A DNA stretch of 64,000 bases from an uncultured bacterium (GTDB taxonomy: Bacteria > Armatimonadota > HRBIN16), in the NCBI GenBank assembly GCA_964650005.1, contig CAZYPZ010000013.1, forward strand, positions 8,942 through 72,941, written 5' to 3'. Positions 46,289 to 56,916 of the stretch are shown here, in pieces (the first letter of the stretch is position 1; each line of letters begins with the position of its first letter). A program made the position numbers and the translations under genes. Under the pieces are notes generated by a model that had not been told where the DNA came from, did not search any database, and was given only the letters and a program-made list of their open reading frames with translations.

Positions 46289-47533
46289 ATGAAATCGCTG
46301 CGTGACGAGCTGTACGCGTATCTTCGTCAAATGGTCATCATCGATGCACATGAGCATCTGATGCCCGAACGCCACCGTGTCAGCCGTCCGACGGATGTGC
46401 TGAACCTGCTATCTCTGTATGCGTGGTTCGATCTCATGTCGGCCGGTCTGCCCACAGATGGGCTGAAGACAGCGATTGGCGACAACTACCTCACCGACCA
46501 GCAGATACCGACGGCCACCAAGTGGAAACGGGTGTGGCCATTCCTTCAGCGCATCAAACACGGATCTTACTACCGGGCCACCGCCATCGCGCTCCGCGAT
46601 CTGTACGGTGTTGCCGATCTGAATGACCGCACGTGGCGCGAAGCCAACGAACGTGTAAAAGCCGCGAATCGTCCCGGCTTGTATCGATCGGTATTACGGG
46701 ACAGGTGTCGCATTCAAACGTGCCTGGTACAGAATGGCGCCATATTGGAACAAGACCCTGCGGATCTGTTTACGCCCGTGCTGGGGTCGGTTCCACTTCA
46801 TGCGGCGCCGTGTCGCGAGTTTGCCGACTATTTGGGCGCGGAGAGCGGTGTGTCTGTCACCGATCTGGACAGTTATCTGCAAGCCTATGGCCTGTATATG
46901 GCAAAAGTGCGGAGCCAGGGCGCTGTGGGCGTGAAGATCCGCAGCTGCCATATGGTGAAGCCGGACATGGCTGCGGCACGGCAGGCCTTCCAGGACGCCT
47001 TACGGGGAGCGCCGCCATCCCCGGTGTTGGCGTGTACGGTGCTTGACTTTGTGCTGAAATGGGCCGGTGAACATGACTGGCCGGTAGCTGTTCACTGCGG
47101 CGTCTGGGGAGATTTCCGCACGGTCAATCCGAGACAGATGCTGGACATCGTGCCGGCTTACCCGCAGACCCGCTTCGATCTGTACCATCTCGGGTTGCCT
47201 GACGTGCGCGACACGCTGTTCATCGCCAAAAACTTCCCCAATGCGTATCTTAACCTCTGCTGGTGCTGGGTGGTCAGTCAGGACATCTCGCAACGTGCCG
47301 TGCATGAGATATTGGATGTCGTTCCGGTCAACAAGGTGTTCGCATTTGGCGGGGATTACATCACCGAGGTGGAGAACGTCTACGGGCATCTGGAAATGGC
47401 GAGGGAAAGCCTGGCTGCAGCGTTTTCGGAGCGCGTACAGCGCGGATGGATGGGTATCGATGATGCCCGTGAGGTGTTGCGTCTGTGGATGCACCAGAAC
47501 CCATCGCGTTTTTATGGTTTGAAAACGGCCTGA
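46289..47533 (+). CDS. Metal-dependent TIM-barrel hydrolase (amidohydrolase superfamily; possibly uronate-isomerase-like)
   Basis: IIDAHEHL HxH motif; AGGAGG RBS. Confidence 0.6.
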   Translation: MKSLRDELYAYLRQMVIIDAHEHLMPERHRVSRPTDVLNLLSLYAWFDLMSAGLPTDGLKTAIGDNYLTDQQIPTATKWKRVWPFLQRIKHGSYYRATAIALRDLYGVADLNDRTWREANERVKAANRPGLYRSVLRDRCRIQTCLVQNGAILEQDPADLFTPVLGSVPLHAAPCREFADYLGAESGVSVTDLDSYLQAYGLYMAKVRSQGAVGVKIRSCHMVKPDMAAARQAFQDALRGAPPSPVLACTVLDFVLKWAGEHDWPVAVHCGVWGDFRTVNPRQMLDIVPAYPQTRFDLYHLGLPDVRDTLFIAKNFPNAYLNLCWCWVVSQDISQRAVHEILDVVPVNKVFAFGGDYITEVENVYGHLEMARESLAAAFSERVQRGWMGIDDAREVLRLWMHQNPSRFYGLKTA

Positions 47534-47691
47534 TCCATCCGCTGTGACTGCCTGACGAAACACGCTGCGCGTCGTGAAGAACGCTTGAGCGCGTAAATAC
47601 ACCCAACGGCGTGAATACGGGTATAACGTGGTTGGTTCCAGATGTTTGGATTGGACCACGCACGTGTTGATTTCGCATGCCGGAGGAACTG

Positions 47692-50208
47692 ATGAAGGCT
47701 GTAGTGATGGCGGGTGGGGAAGGCTCCCGGTTGCGTCCGCTGACTTCTGGGCGTCCCAAACCAATGGTGCCCGTGATGGGCCGACCGATCATGGAACATA
47801 TTATACGCCTGTTGAAGAGACAAGGTTACGATGATATATTCGCCACACTGTATTACAAGGCTGATGAGATATCCGGTGCATTTGGAGATGGCAGCGACCT
47901 GGGTGTTCGTTTGACCTACTCCATTGAAGAGACCCCGCTGGGTACGGCCGGAGCCGTGAAACTGTTGGAGCCGCATTTGCGCGACGATACGTTTGTGATC
48001 GTCTCCGGGGATGCACTGACCGATGTACGGCTTGATCGGGCGGTTCGTTTTCACCGGTCAGTCGGGGCGGTGGCTACCCTCGTGCTGGCTCGCGTACCCA
48101 ACCCGCTGGAGTTCGGTATCGTCGTCACGGATGACGACAATCGTGTGACGCGTTTCCTGGAAAAGCCCGACTGGGGACGCGTTTTTACCGATACTGTGAA
48201 CACGGGTATGTACGTTCTGGACCCGGAGGTGTTCGACGAAATCGAACCGGGCAAGCAGTATGACTGGAGCCAGGATGTATTTCCGAAGCTGCTGGAGGAA
48301 GGGCGGCCTATATACGGCTATGTGCTGGATGAGGACGAGTACTGGTGTGACATCGGTACGCTGGAGCAGTACCGCGATGCACATGAGCATGTGTTTGAAG
48401 GTAAAGTGAGCCTGCCCACTGAAGCGCGTGAGACGTTCACGGGTTCGGGCGTGTGGGTGGAAGAGGGCGCGAACATTCACCCGGAAGCGTCTGTCGTTGC
48501 ACCGGCCTATATTGGCCGCCAGTGTGTGATCAAGAAGAGGGCTCAGGTAGGACCGTTTACGGTGTTGGGGGACAACACCATTATCGAAGAAAAAGCGCAC
48601 GTGGAGCGCAGCGTCATCTGGGAGTCCTGTTATGTGGGCAACGACGCGCACGTCACCTCGGCGGTGCTGTGCAGTCATGTGACGGTCAAGTGCGATTGTG
48701 TGGTGCGCGAAAACGCCGTGGTGGGCGATGGATGTGTGCTGGGACAAAGCAGCACCGTGCGGCCAGGCATCAAAATCTGGCCCGACAAGTTCATCGAGCC
48801 GGGCGCTGTCGTCACCATGAGTCTGGTCTGGGGCAAGAAGTGGCAGGGCTCTTTGTTCCGCAGTATGGGCGTATCCGGTATCACCAACATCGAGATCACG
48901 CCTGAGTTCGCGGCAAAGCTGGCGGCATCCTACGGCGCCTATCTAGGGCGTGGGACGCAAGTGCTGATGTCGCGCGACTCACACCGCGCATCGCGGGCCA
49001 TCAAGCACGCCGTGATGAGCGGATTACTCTCGGTTGGATGTAAAGTGTTGGATCTGCGATCCATGCCCATTCCCATCGTTCGGCATCATATCCGTGCGTC
49101 CGGTTCAGTGGGCGGATTGAATGTGCGGGTGGCGCCCACCAATCCGCGCATGACGCTGCTGGAATTCCTGGACAAGAACGGTGTCTACATCAGCAAACCG
49201 GCGGAAAGAAAGGTGGAGTCCATCTTTTTCCGCGAAGATTTCGCCCGCACCGATGCCGAAGAGGTCGGAGAGATTGAATTCTCCGCTCGGGCGATCGAAC
49301 AGTACCAGCACGATTTCTTCCGGAACATGTCGTCATTTGGCGGCCGAGACGTCCGGTATAAGGTCGTGGTGGACTTTGCCTATCACCGGATGGCCACGAT
49401 CTTCCCCAGTATCTTGGGCAAGATGAACTGTGACGTGATCGCACTCAATGCCTACGCCGATCCGGACCGGTCGCCCAAGAACGTTGCCGAGCGCGCCGCA
49501 CATGTGGAGAACCTGCAGACGATCGTGCAGACATTGCGGGCCGACATGGGTGTTCTGTTCGAAAGCGATGGCGAGCGTATGACGTTGGTAGGGCCGGATG
49601 GACGGGTGTTCAACCAACAGGATCTGGCGCTTCTGTACGCATCCATCGTGGCGCGTTCGCATCGCCGGGCACGGGTAGCTGCGCCTGTCACCATGTCCCG
49701 AAAACTGGAGGCCGTGGTGGGAGCGCATGGAGGTACGGTAATCCGCACCCGAAGCGACATCCGATCGCTGATGGCTACCGCGGCTCAGAGCGATGGGTCG
49801 ATCTATCTGGCAGCGGACGGCGACGGCGGTTTCATCCTGCCGCAGTTCCAACCCACGTTCGACGCTCTGTATGCGTTTACGAAAATGCTGGATCTGCTGA
49901 CCAGGTTGAACGTGACGATCAACGATGTCGCAGCTGAGGTGGAGCCGGTGCATGTGGTGCGCGAAACCGTGCATTGCCCGTGGGAAGCCAAGGGCAAAGT
50001 GATGCGCATCTTGACCGAAGACCTCACACGAGACCGCAAGGCAGACCTGACCGATGGCATCCGTGTGGAAGAAGACGGCGGCTGGGTGCTGGTGTTGCCA
50101 GACTCGTTCGAGCCGATGTTTGTCGTGCTGGCCGAACACCAGCATCCCGAAGAAGCGCATCGGCTTGTGACCGACTACGCCGAGCGCATCAAAACGTTGA
50201 GGGAATAG
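47692..50208 (+). CDS. Sugar-1-phosphate nucleotidyltransferase (GDP-mannose-pyrophosphorylase-like) plus left-handed beta-helix, fused to a phosphohexomutase (PMM/PGM) domain
   Basis: [19 protein letters not shown]-terminus, hexapeptide repeats, and a C-terminal PGM/PMM domain with a DGDGG metal loop. Confidence 0.8.
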   Translation: MKAVVMAGGEGSRLRPLTSGRPKPMVPVMGRPIMEHIIRLLKRQGYDDIFATLYYKADEISGAFGDGSDLGVRLTYSIEETPLGTAGAVKLLEPHLRDDTFVIVSGDALTDVRLDRAVRFHRSVGAVATLVLARVPNPLEFGIVVTDDDNRVTRFLEKPDWGRVFTDTVNTGMYVLDPEVFDEIEPGKQYDWSQDVFPKLLEEGRPIYGYVLDEDEYWCDIGTLEQYRDAHEHVFEGKVSLPTEARETFTGSGVWVEEGANIHPEASVVAPAYIGRQCVIKKRAQVGPFTVLGDNTIIEEKAHVERSVIWESCYVGNDAHVTSAVLCSHVTVKCDCVVRENAVVGDGCVLGQSSTVRPGIKIWPDKFIEPGAVVTMSLVWGKKWQGSLFRSMGVSGITNIEITPEFAAKLAASYGAYLGRGTQVLMSRDSHRASRAIKHAVMSGLLSVGCKVLDLRSMPIPIVRHHIRASGSVGGLNVRVAPTNPRMTLLEFLDKNGVYISKPAERKVESIFFREDFARTDAEEVGEIEFSARAIEQYQHDFFRNMSSFGGRDVRYKVVVDFAYHRMATIFPSILGKMNCDVIALNAYADPDRSPKNVAERAAHVENLQTIVQTLRADMGVLFESDGERMTLVGPDGRVFNQQDLALLYASIVARSHRRARVAAPVTMSRKLEAVVGAHGGTVIRTRSDIRSLMATAAQSDGSIYLAADGDGGFILPQFQPTFDALYAFTKMLDLLTRLNVTINDVAAEVEPVHVVRETVHCPWEAKGKVMRILTEDLTRDRKADLTDGIRVEEDGGWVLVLPDSFEPMFVVLAEHQHPEEAHRLVTDYAERIKTLRE

Positions 50209-50230
50209 CCGTCGACGCGCAAGCCTGCGT

Positions 50231-50755
50231 TCAGTGGTACTTCTCCGCCCGGAAGCGGGATAGGCTGATCGGTTCGTTGTCTCGGATACCTGCCTTGCGC
50301 CGGCAGATAGCCAGTTGCTGGTCGACTGTGTCCACACCGTCCAGATCGGGCAGCAGCAGACCGGTGCGGCCCAGTGTGCCGCGTACGATGACGCCGTATA
50401 CACGGGGATCCAGCGCTTCCGGGCCGTCGATGGGCTCTTCCGGGTGCAGCACGTAGACCTCGCAGTCCGCCGACTCCACTTCCGCCCGGCTCATTGGCGG
50501 AAATCGCGGGTCACGTAACGCGCTTGTGCGCGCGTTCTGCCGGATCTCGTCGGCCAGCGTGGGCTGTGTTCGGCGGAACGTGCCGCAACAGCCTCGCAGG
50601 TCTCCGTCCGGGGTGTGAAAGGAGACGAATACCCCGCTCCAGTCCTCGGGCGGCTCGGGCCACTCGTCGGGCAAATGATCGGGCGCAGGCTGGCCCGATG
50701 CCGCGGCAATCGCACACTGCCGCGCCCAGGTGACGTAAGGATGAGAGTTCCGCAT
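50231..50755 (-). CDS. AMMECR1-domain protein
   Basis: AMMECR1 fold motifs (CGTF, RGTLG). Confidence 0.75.
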   Translation of the reverse strand: MRNSHPYVTWARQCAIAAASGQPAPDHLPDEWPEPPEDWSGVFVSFHTPDGDLRGCCGTFRRTQPTLADEIRQNARTSALRDPRFPPMSRAEVESADCEVYVLHPEEPIDGPEALDPRVYGVIVRGTLGRTGLLLPDLDGVDTVDQQLAICRRKAGIRDNEPISLSRFRAEKYH

Positions 50756-50769
50756 TCAGGCGCCTCCTG

Positions 50770-51429
50770 TCAGGTGTCGCGTCGAGACCACCAGAGACGG
50801 ACCCGCGGCTCGGTTCCCTGCGCCAGACGCCGGAAATTGGGGCGATGTTTGTACGCCACGAACACAGCGCCGAGCAGGCACAGCCAGCCGGCGAGAGGCT
50901 GGCCGCCGTCGCCTGCGGGAAACACGAACAACATATACCCTGCCAATGCGAATGAACCCAGCACAGAGGCCACGGATATATACCTGCATACACTCAGGAT
51001 CACCAGCCAGGTGACAAACGCCGCCAGGGCCGATAACGGAGAGAATGCCGCAAACACACCCAAGCCGGTGGCTACCGCCCGCCCTCCTTTGAAACCCAGG
51101 TACGGGCTGTAGCTGTGCCCGAGTATCGCGCCCAATCCGGCGGACATTTGGTCAAACAGGCGGTCTCCGCCTACATACACATTGGCCAACAGAACCGGCA
51201 AGACACCCTTGGCCAGGTCGAGCAGAAACACCAGCGTCCCTCCGCCGGGGCCCAGAACACGCCAGGCGTTTGTGGCGCCGATATTGCCGCTTCCGTGTTC
51301 ACGGATATCCACATGTTTCCAAATTCGTGCCAGCAGCCAACCGAATGGAATACCGCCAATGAGAAATGCAATGACGAACCCCAACAGATATTCCCGTGCA
51401 ATCATGATCAACAGATCTGTTCCGCTCAT
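50770..51429 (-). CDS. plsY: Glycerol-3-phosphate acyltransferase PlsY
   Basis: GSGNIGATNAWRVLG motif; GGAGG RBS before the ATG at 51429. Confidence 0.9.
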   Translation of the reverse strand: MSGTDLLIMIAREYLLGFVIAFLIGGIPFGWLLARIWKHVDIREHGSGNIGATNAWRVLGPGGGTLVFLLDLAKGVLPVLLANVYVGGDRLFDQMSAGLGAILGHSYSPYLGFKGGRAVATGLGVFAAFSPLSALAAFVTWLVILSVCRYISVASVLGSFALAGYMLFVFPAGDGGQPLAGWLCLLGAVFVAYKHRPNFRRLAQGTEPRVRLWWSRRDT

Positions 51430-54400
51430 TCGGGTAGTACACCTCCATACAGCTCGCGCACGGTCCACTGCCGCACATCGCGCATGAGCGGCGTCAGCTC
51501 GGACATCAGGCGCTTCCAGTGTGATCCCTGCTGTTCCGTAACCCCTATCAGGCGGGCTACCGCCTCCTGTTCCTGTTCGGTATCAGGCAGGTGATCGCGT
51601 GCAGCCCCGTAGACCAGATTCATGGCGTTACGAATGGCCGCGCACAGATGATAACACCGGGCGCCATTCCGCGCATCGGCCGCGGATACCAGGCCTTCGG
51701 CGCGCAATGCGTGCAACGCCTGTACCGTGTTGGCATGCCGGATGCTTGGGCGCTCGTGTCCATGTCGCAATTGGAGCATCTGAACCGTGAACTCGATATC
51801 GCTTACACCGCCATACCCCAGTTTGACGTCGGTTTCACGCCGATCCGGACGCAGGCGTTCTGTTTCGATGCGGCGTTTCATGTGTTGGATCGCCCGGAGT
51901 TCCGTCTCTTCCAATCCACGGCCATATGTAACCTCGGCGGCCATATCCATCAGCGCCTGAGCTGCCGATGGATCACCACATACGGGACGCAGACGCGTGA
52001 GCGCCTGCCGTTCCCATGTGTCGCCGCGTTCGCGATAGTAACCGAGATAATCGGACGCCAGGCGGGAAATAGCGCCATACCGGCCCTCAGGGCGCAATCG
52101 GGCGTCCACATCCAGCGGTACGCCGTGTGACTGGACCTGCCGGCATAAAGCAAGCACGTGATTAGCTACGGCGGCTGCATATTGGTATGCGTCTGCGTGC
52201 GTCATACCGTCGGGATGTGTGTGCGTAAACAGGATATCCAGATCAGACGAATAGCCCAACTCCTGTCCGCCGAATTTACCCATACCCAGCACCGCGACTG
52301 CTGGAGCTACCGGTTGATGCCCTTGTGGCAGCTCTCTTTGTATCGTGACGATTGCGTGTTTCAGCAACGCCTCCAGCACAGCTTCATACAATGCGGTGAT
52401 CTCGGAGGCGATCACCAATCCGCTGGCCTCGCCCCAAACATCGCGGGCGATAATCCGCAGGCGTTCCCGCCGTATAAACGCGGCGATATGCGGTGAGGGG
52501 TCGCCGCGGCGTGGTAGTCGCTGGGCGAGCTGTTCCGCCATCTCGGCGCGTGTCGCTGCGGCTGGTTCATGGGTCTCGTCGCTGAACAGCACATCCAGCA
52601 ACTCCTGATGCGCCGTCAGCACCTGCATGGCCATGGGGCTGGCGCCTGCAATGTCGGCCAATCGTCGCAGCATATCGCCATCAGCCGCCAGGGTTTCGTA
52701 CAAATGCGCCCTGTTGGGGACGGCATCCGCCAGCGCTTCGATTCCCATGAGGGCGCGATCTGGCCAAGGGCTACGCCGGCAGGCATCGAGCAACGCCGGC
52801 AACAGGGTGATGCAAGCCCGGCGTGTGTCCGGGGTGGCCACACTGGATGCCATGTCGGACGCATTCGGATCGTTACCGAGTGTTGACCTGGCGATCAGAC
52901 GCAGCGCCTGATCGGTATCACGGAAGTGCATCGATGCCAGCAACTTGGCCATTTGCGTCCGAGCGGCGTCCAGATGCAGGTTTGCGGCCCATTCCTGCAA
53001 TGCCTCGGTGTACTCCAACGGGGCGACGGACGCGTCTGCATAGAACAGTCGTTGATAGATCTCGTGAACAGTGTCCCTTTCGAACGCCAATTGCGCCTCG
53101 AACGCTTCCACCGTATCGAATCCCATGCGACGGGCCAACAGAGCGCGGGCGCGCGGCTCCGTAGGCAGCCGTTGTGTCTGCTGCTCATACAGGATCTGGA
53201 GGCGATGTTCCACGGTACGCAGGAAGCGGTAGCCTCGGTCGAGATTGGCGGCGTCGGCGCTGCTGATCAACCCTTCGTGCTGAAGAGCGGCCAGTGCGTC
53301 CAAGGTAGATACCTGGCGCACGCGGGGTCGGGCGCCGCCATGTCGCAGCTGCAGCAGCTGTACCGTGAACTCCACGTCGCGGATACCGCCGCGCCCGATC
53401 TTCACGTTTGTCTCCGTGACTTGCTCCATGGCTGCCTGCTGCTCGATTCGCCGCTTGTTGTAGCGGATCTCTTCCAGCCACTCCGCCGGCATTCGCGGAG
53501 GATAGGCCATCGCTTGGGCCATCGATCGCCATCGGTCGCCCAGTGGCGGATATCCGGCAACGAAGCGGGACTTGATCAACGCCTGGCGCTCCCATGACTC
53601 CGCCCAAGTCTCATAGTAATGCACACACGAGCCGATCGACCGGCTGGGAGCGCCGAACCGTCCTTCCGGGCGCAAACGCAGATCGACACGGAACACAAAC
53701 CCCCGTTCCATCGGCTCCGATAAAACCCGAACGATCTCCTGAGCCAGACGCTCCGAAAACCGTACACCGTCAATCCGTCCCACGGGCGGCGGGTCATCCT
53801 GATGTACGAACACCAGGTCGATGTCCGAGCTGTAGTTGAGCTCTCGGCCTCCGTGTTTGCCCATGGCGATCACGGCCAGATGAGGCGCCCGCTCACCGCC
53901 GTAGCGTTCCAGCAGCTCATCGCGCGCCAGCTCATAGGCACATTGACAGGCCGCATCGGCAAAGTCACTGAGCGCCCGGGTGACCTGGGGCAGATCCAAC
54001 GCCCCCAGGATATCCATGACGCCGATCCGTAATACCTCTCGGCGTTTGTACCGGCGCAGTGCATCCATACGGCCGGCATAACTTCGGGCCAGTCCGCACT
54101 GACGTTGCATCTCCCGGTAGTGTTCCGAAGTGGTGCGCGTGCGCGCCCTCAGTTCAGGGTCGGCGAAGAGATCGAACAGTTCCGGTTGGGAGATGAGTAT
54201 TTCGGAGAAGAACACGCTGGTGGCGCAGACCGTACAAAAGATCTCCAGAATGCGAGGATTGGCTGCGAGAAACCGGTAATAGGGCAATCGGTTTCCCAGT
54301 CCTGCCTGCCAGCGGTCCAGATTGATCAGCGCCATGTCCGGATCGGGCGCCAGAGAAAGCGACCGCACCAACGCGGGTTTCATTTCATCGAACGCCTCGG

Positions 54401-54521
54401 CATGTGGACCCCATCCTCGCAAGGTGAGAAGGATCTCGTGTGCACGGGGGATGTCCCGGATACCGATTGCCTCGAGTTCGCTGTCGCTGATCACCCGCTG
54501 TGGTTGCCCGGTGGACTCCAT
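51426..54521 (-). CDS. glnE: Bifunctional glutamine-synthetase adenylyltransferase/deadenylyltransferase
   Basis: Two GlnE nucleotidyltransferase domains, each with LQLRHG; 1031 aa. Confidence 0.9.
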   Translation of the reverse strand: MESTGQPQRVISDSELEAIGIRDIPRAHEILLTLRGWGPHAEAFDEMKPALVRSLSLAPDPDMALINLDRWQAGLGNRLPYYRFLAANPRILEIFCTVCATSVFFSEILISQPELFDLFADPELRARTRTTSEHYREMQRQCGLARSYAGRMDALRRYKRREVLRIGVMDILGALDLPQVTRALSDFADAACQCAYELARDELLERYGGERAPHLAVIAMGKHGGRELNYSSDIDLVFVHQDDPPPVGRIDGVRFSERLAQEIVRVLSEPMERGFVFRVDLRLRPEGRFGAPSRSIGSCVHYYETWAESWERQALIKSRFVAGYPPLGDRWRSMAQAMAYPPRMPAEWLEEIRYNKRRIEQQAAMEQVTETNVKIGRGGIRDVEFTVQLLQLRHGGARPRVRQVSTLDALAALQHEGLISSADAANLDRGYRFLRTVEHRLQILYEQQTQRLPTEPRARALLARRMGFDTVEAFEAQLAFERDTVHEIYQRLFYADASVAPLEYTEALQEWAANLHLDAARTQMAKLLASMHFRDTDQALRLIARSTLGNDPNASDMASSVATPDTRRACITLLPALLDACRRSPWPDRALMGIEALADAVPNRAHLYETLAADGDMLRRLADIAGASPMAMQVLTAHQELLDVLFSDETHEPAAATRAEMAEQLAQRLPRRGDPSPHIAAFIRRERLRIIARDVWGEASGLVIASEITALYEAVLEALLKHAIVTIQRELPQGHQPVAPAVAVLGMGKFGGQELGYSSDLDILFTHTHPDGMTHADAYQYAAAVANHVLALCRQVQSHGVPLDVDARLRPEGRYGAISRLASDYLGYYRERGDTWERQALTRLRPVCGDPSAAQALMDMAAEVTYGRGLEETELRAIQHMKRRIETERLRPDRRETDVKLGYGGVSDIEFTVQMLQLRHGHERPSIRHANTVQALHALRAEGLVSAADARNGARCYHLCAAIRNAMNLVYGAARDHLPDTEQEQEAVARLIGVTEQQGSHWKRLMSELTPLMRDVRQWTVRELYGGVLPE

Positions 54522-54524
54522 CGA

Positions 54525-55883
54525 TCAGTCCTTGCGCTGCTCCGGGGTCGCATTCCGGACAGAGATCCGTATCGGCGTGCCCTCCAGACGGTACTGTTTC
54601 CGGATCGCGTTTTCCAGATACCTCAGATACGAAAAGTGCGCCAGTTGCGGATCGTTGACGAAGAGCACAACGGTGGGGGGCTGTGTGGACGGCATGGTTG
54701 CATAATAGATCTTGAGCGCTTTGCCGCGTCGACTGTACGGCCGAGCATCAGCAGCTTCCCGGATCAGTCGGTTCAACACGCCGGTCGATATGCGAAATGC
54801 GTGCGCTTCGGATGCCTCGATGGCGGTGTCGAGGACCGCGTCAATTCCTGTGCTGTTCAGCGCCGAGCAGAATGCCAGCGGAGCGTAGGACAGATAAGGA
54901 CACTGTTTTCGGACGTGAGCGGCGAACTCACGCATGGCGCGGCGTTTATCCGGGGCGTCCACAAGATCCCATTTGTTGATCACCAGCACCACGCCGCATC
55001 CGGCCTCCTCAGCCTGCCCGGCGACCCGTTTGTCGCCGTCTGACAGTCCGGCGTGCGCGTCGATCACCACAAGCGCCACCTGACAACGCTCCATCGCTTT
55101 GTGTGCGCGCAGTACACTGTAGTACTCCACAGATCCTTGCACTTTACCGGCTCGGCGGATACCGGCCGTATCGATGAGCAAAAGTCGGCGATCGTTCCAA
55201 GTGAAGGGCGTGTCAGTGGCGTCGCGTGTCGTTCCGGCGATTTCACTGACGATGGCGCGCGGTTCACCGAGTATGGCGTTCAGCAATGACGACTTGCCCA
55301 CGTTGGGACGCCCGACGATCGCCAGCTTGATCTGGTCATCGGGCGTCTCTTCCCACTCGAGATCGAGCGGCAGCAGTTCGATGATGCGGTCGAGCAACTC
55401 CGCGACACCATGCCCGTGCACCGACGAGATCGTGAAAAGCTCGGGCCAGCCTAAGCTGTAGAACTCGGCGGCGTTCAGTTCGCGCGACAGGTTGTCTGAC
55501 TTGTTCACGGCAAGCAGAACAGGTGGCCCGGCACCGCGCAAGGCATCAGCCAGCTCTTCATCGGCCGGGGTAAGGCCTTCATCCGCATCGGTGACAAATA
55601 CGATCACCGAGGCTTCGTTCATCGCGGTCTGCGCCTGGATACGGATCTGTTCCATCATCGGATCAGCCGAATCCATGGTGACGCCGCCCGTGTCCACCAA
55701 CTTGAATGACTGCCCGCGCCAGGTGCAGTCGGCCTCGATGCGGTCGCGTGTGATCCCCGGAATATCTTCGACAATCGCGGTGCGACGCCCGATCAGCCGG
55801 TTGAACAGGGTGGATTTGCCGACGTTGGGCCGCCCGACGATGGCCACAACGGGTTTGCCGCTAGTGGGAGTGTGTTCCTGCAT
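54525..55883 (-). CDS. der: Ribosome-biogenesis GTPase Der (EngA)
   Basis: Tandem G-domains (GRPNVGKSTL appears twice) plus a KH-like C-terminus. Confidence 0.93.
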   Translation of the reverse strand: MQEHTPTSGKPVVAIVGRPNVGKSTLFNRLIGRRTAIVEDIPGITRDRIEADCTWRGQSFKLVDTGGVTMDSADPMMEQIRIQAQTAMNEASVIVFVTDADEGLTPADEELADALRGAGPPVLLAVNKSDNLSRELNAAEFYSLGWPELFTISSVHGHGVAELLDRIIELLPLDLEWEETPDDQIKLAIVGRPNVGKSSLLNAILGEPRAIVSEIAGTTRDATDTPFTWNDRRLLLIDTAGIRRAGKVQGSVEYYSVLRAHKAMERCQVALVVIDAHAGLSDGDKRVAGQAEEAGCGVVLVINKWDLVDAPDKRRAMREFAAHVRKQCPYLSYAPLAFCSALNSTGIDAVLDTAIEASEAHAFRISTGVLNRLIREAADARPYSRRGKALKIYYATMPSTQPPTVVLFVNDPQLAHFSYLRYLENAIRKQYRLEGTPIRISVRNATPEQRKD

Positions 55884-55915
55884 AGTATCTATCAGTATAC
55901 GGGGTTCGAGCGCAT

Positions 55916-55950
55916 CCGTTAACGTTGCCCTTCAAAGCCGGACGTTAACG
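55916..55950. repeat. Two copies of the palindrome CGTTAACG separated by 18 nt, in the der upstream region
   Basis: CCGTTAACG ...18 nt... CGTTAACG, read directly from the sequence. Confidence 0.5.
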
Positions 55951-55985
55951 CGGTGTTTAAAGGCGATGCGTGTCTCTAAAAGGAT

Positions 55986-56915
55986 CTAGAGATGATGTTG
56001 CATATGAGTGCGTGCTTCAGCTGCGAATTCGAGTACGCGGTTAAACGGCTGGATTCCCGCGTGAGCGCCCCGCACCCCCATGTTCAAGGCGGCTGCGGCG
56101 GCGCCAAACCGCATGGCCTCCGTCAGATCCCATTCCATCAGGTAGTGTCCATAGATCAGTCCAGCCCGGAAAGCATCTCCGCATCCGGTGCCATCCACGA
56201 TCACGGGCGCCACAAACGCCGGGACATGCTCGACGGATCCGTTACCGCGTCGGGCCAGTACAGCGCCTTTTTCACCGGCTGTGAGGATTACATGGCAGTC
56301 CCACCAGTCGCGCAGGCGTTCTGCGCGCTGGGCCAATTTACCCAGATCATGTTCCTGCAGCACATCCGACGAGGTCAGTATGATGTCTGCCGCGCGGCAG
56401 GCGTCGTCGCTGTCGATCAAGTCCATGGCTACAACGGGAATACCCGCATCGGCAGCGGTCAGGCAGGCGTTCACTGAGGCCTGCCCCGGGTTACAATCGG
56501 CCGTAAACGCGGCGGCATTTTTCCACACTTCCGGTGGTATCGTGTCCACCGACATGGTGGCGAAACCGCTGCCGAACATCGTCCGGTTGCCATCGGGAGT
56601 GATATAGCAGTCACAAGTAGGTGTCTGCACGCCTGCGTCGGCGCGCACCCAGCGGCTGTCCAATGTGGGGTAACTCCGGAGCGTCTCCCGAATCAGCGAT
56701 GCCGCTTCGTCGGTACCGACGGCGTTCCCCACCAATCGCACCGGCGCATGCCACGTGGCCAGAGCGACCGCTGTATTCAGTGCTTCACCACCTGCCGCCC
56801 GTTCCTGTGCAATGATCTCCGCATATCCGCCCGTGGGAGGCAGCGCCTCGACTTCCAGGATGCGATCCAAGCACACCGTCCCGAACACCACTACCGGTTT
56901 CAACGTGCCGTTCAT
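55986..56915 (-). CDS. PfkB-family carbohydrate kinase (ribokinase-like)
   Basis: DGTGCGDAFRAGLIYG motif. Start is uncertain: ATG at 56915 or TTG at 56954. Confidence 0.8.
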   Translation of the reverse strand: MNGTLKPVVVFGTVCLDRILEVEALPPTGGYAEIIAQERAAGGEALNTAVALATWHAPVRLVGNAVGTDEAASLIRETLRSYPTLDSRWVRADAGVQTPTCDCYITPDGNRTMFGSGFATMSVDTIPPEVWKNAAAFTADCNPGQASVNACLTAADAGIPVVAMDLIDSDDACRAADIILTSSDVLQEHDLGKLAQRAERLRDWWDCHVILTAGEKGAVLARRGNGSVEHVPAFVAPVIVDGTGCGDAFRAGLIYGHYLMEWDLTEAMRFGAAAAALNMGVRGAHAGIQPFNRVLEFAAEARTHMQHHL

Positions 56916-56916
56916 G

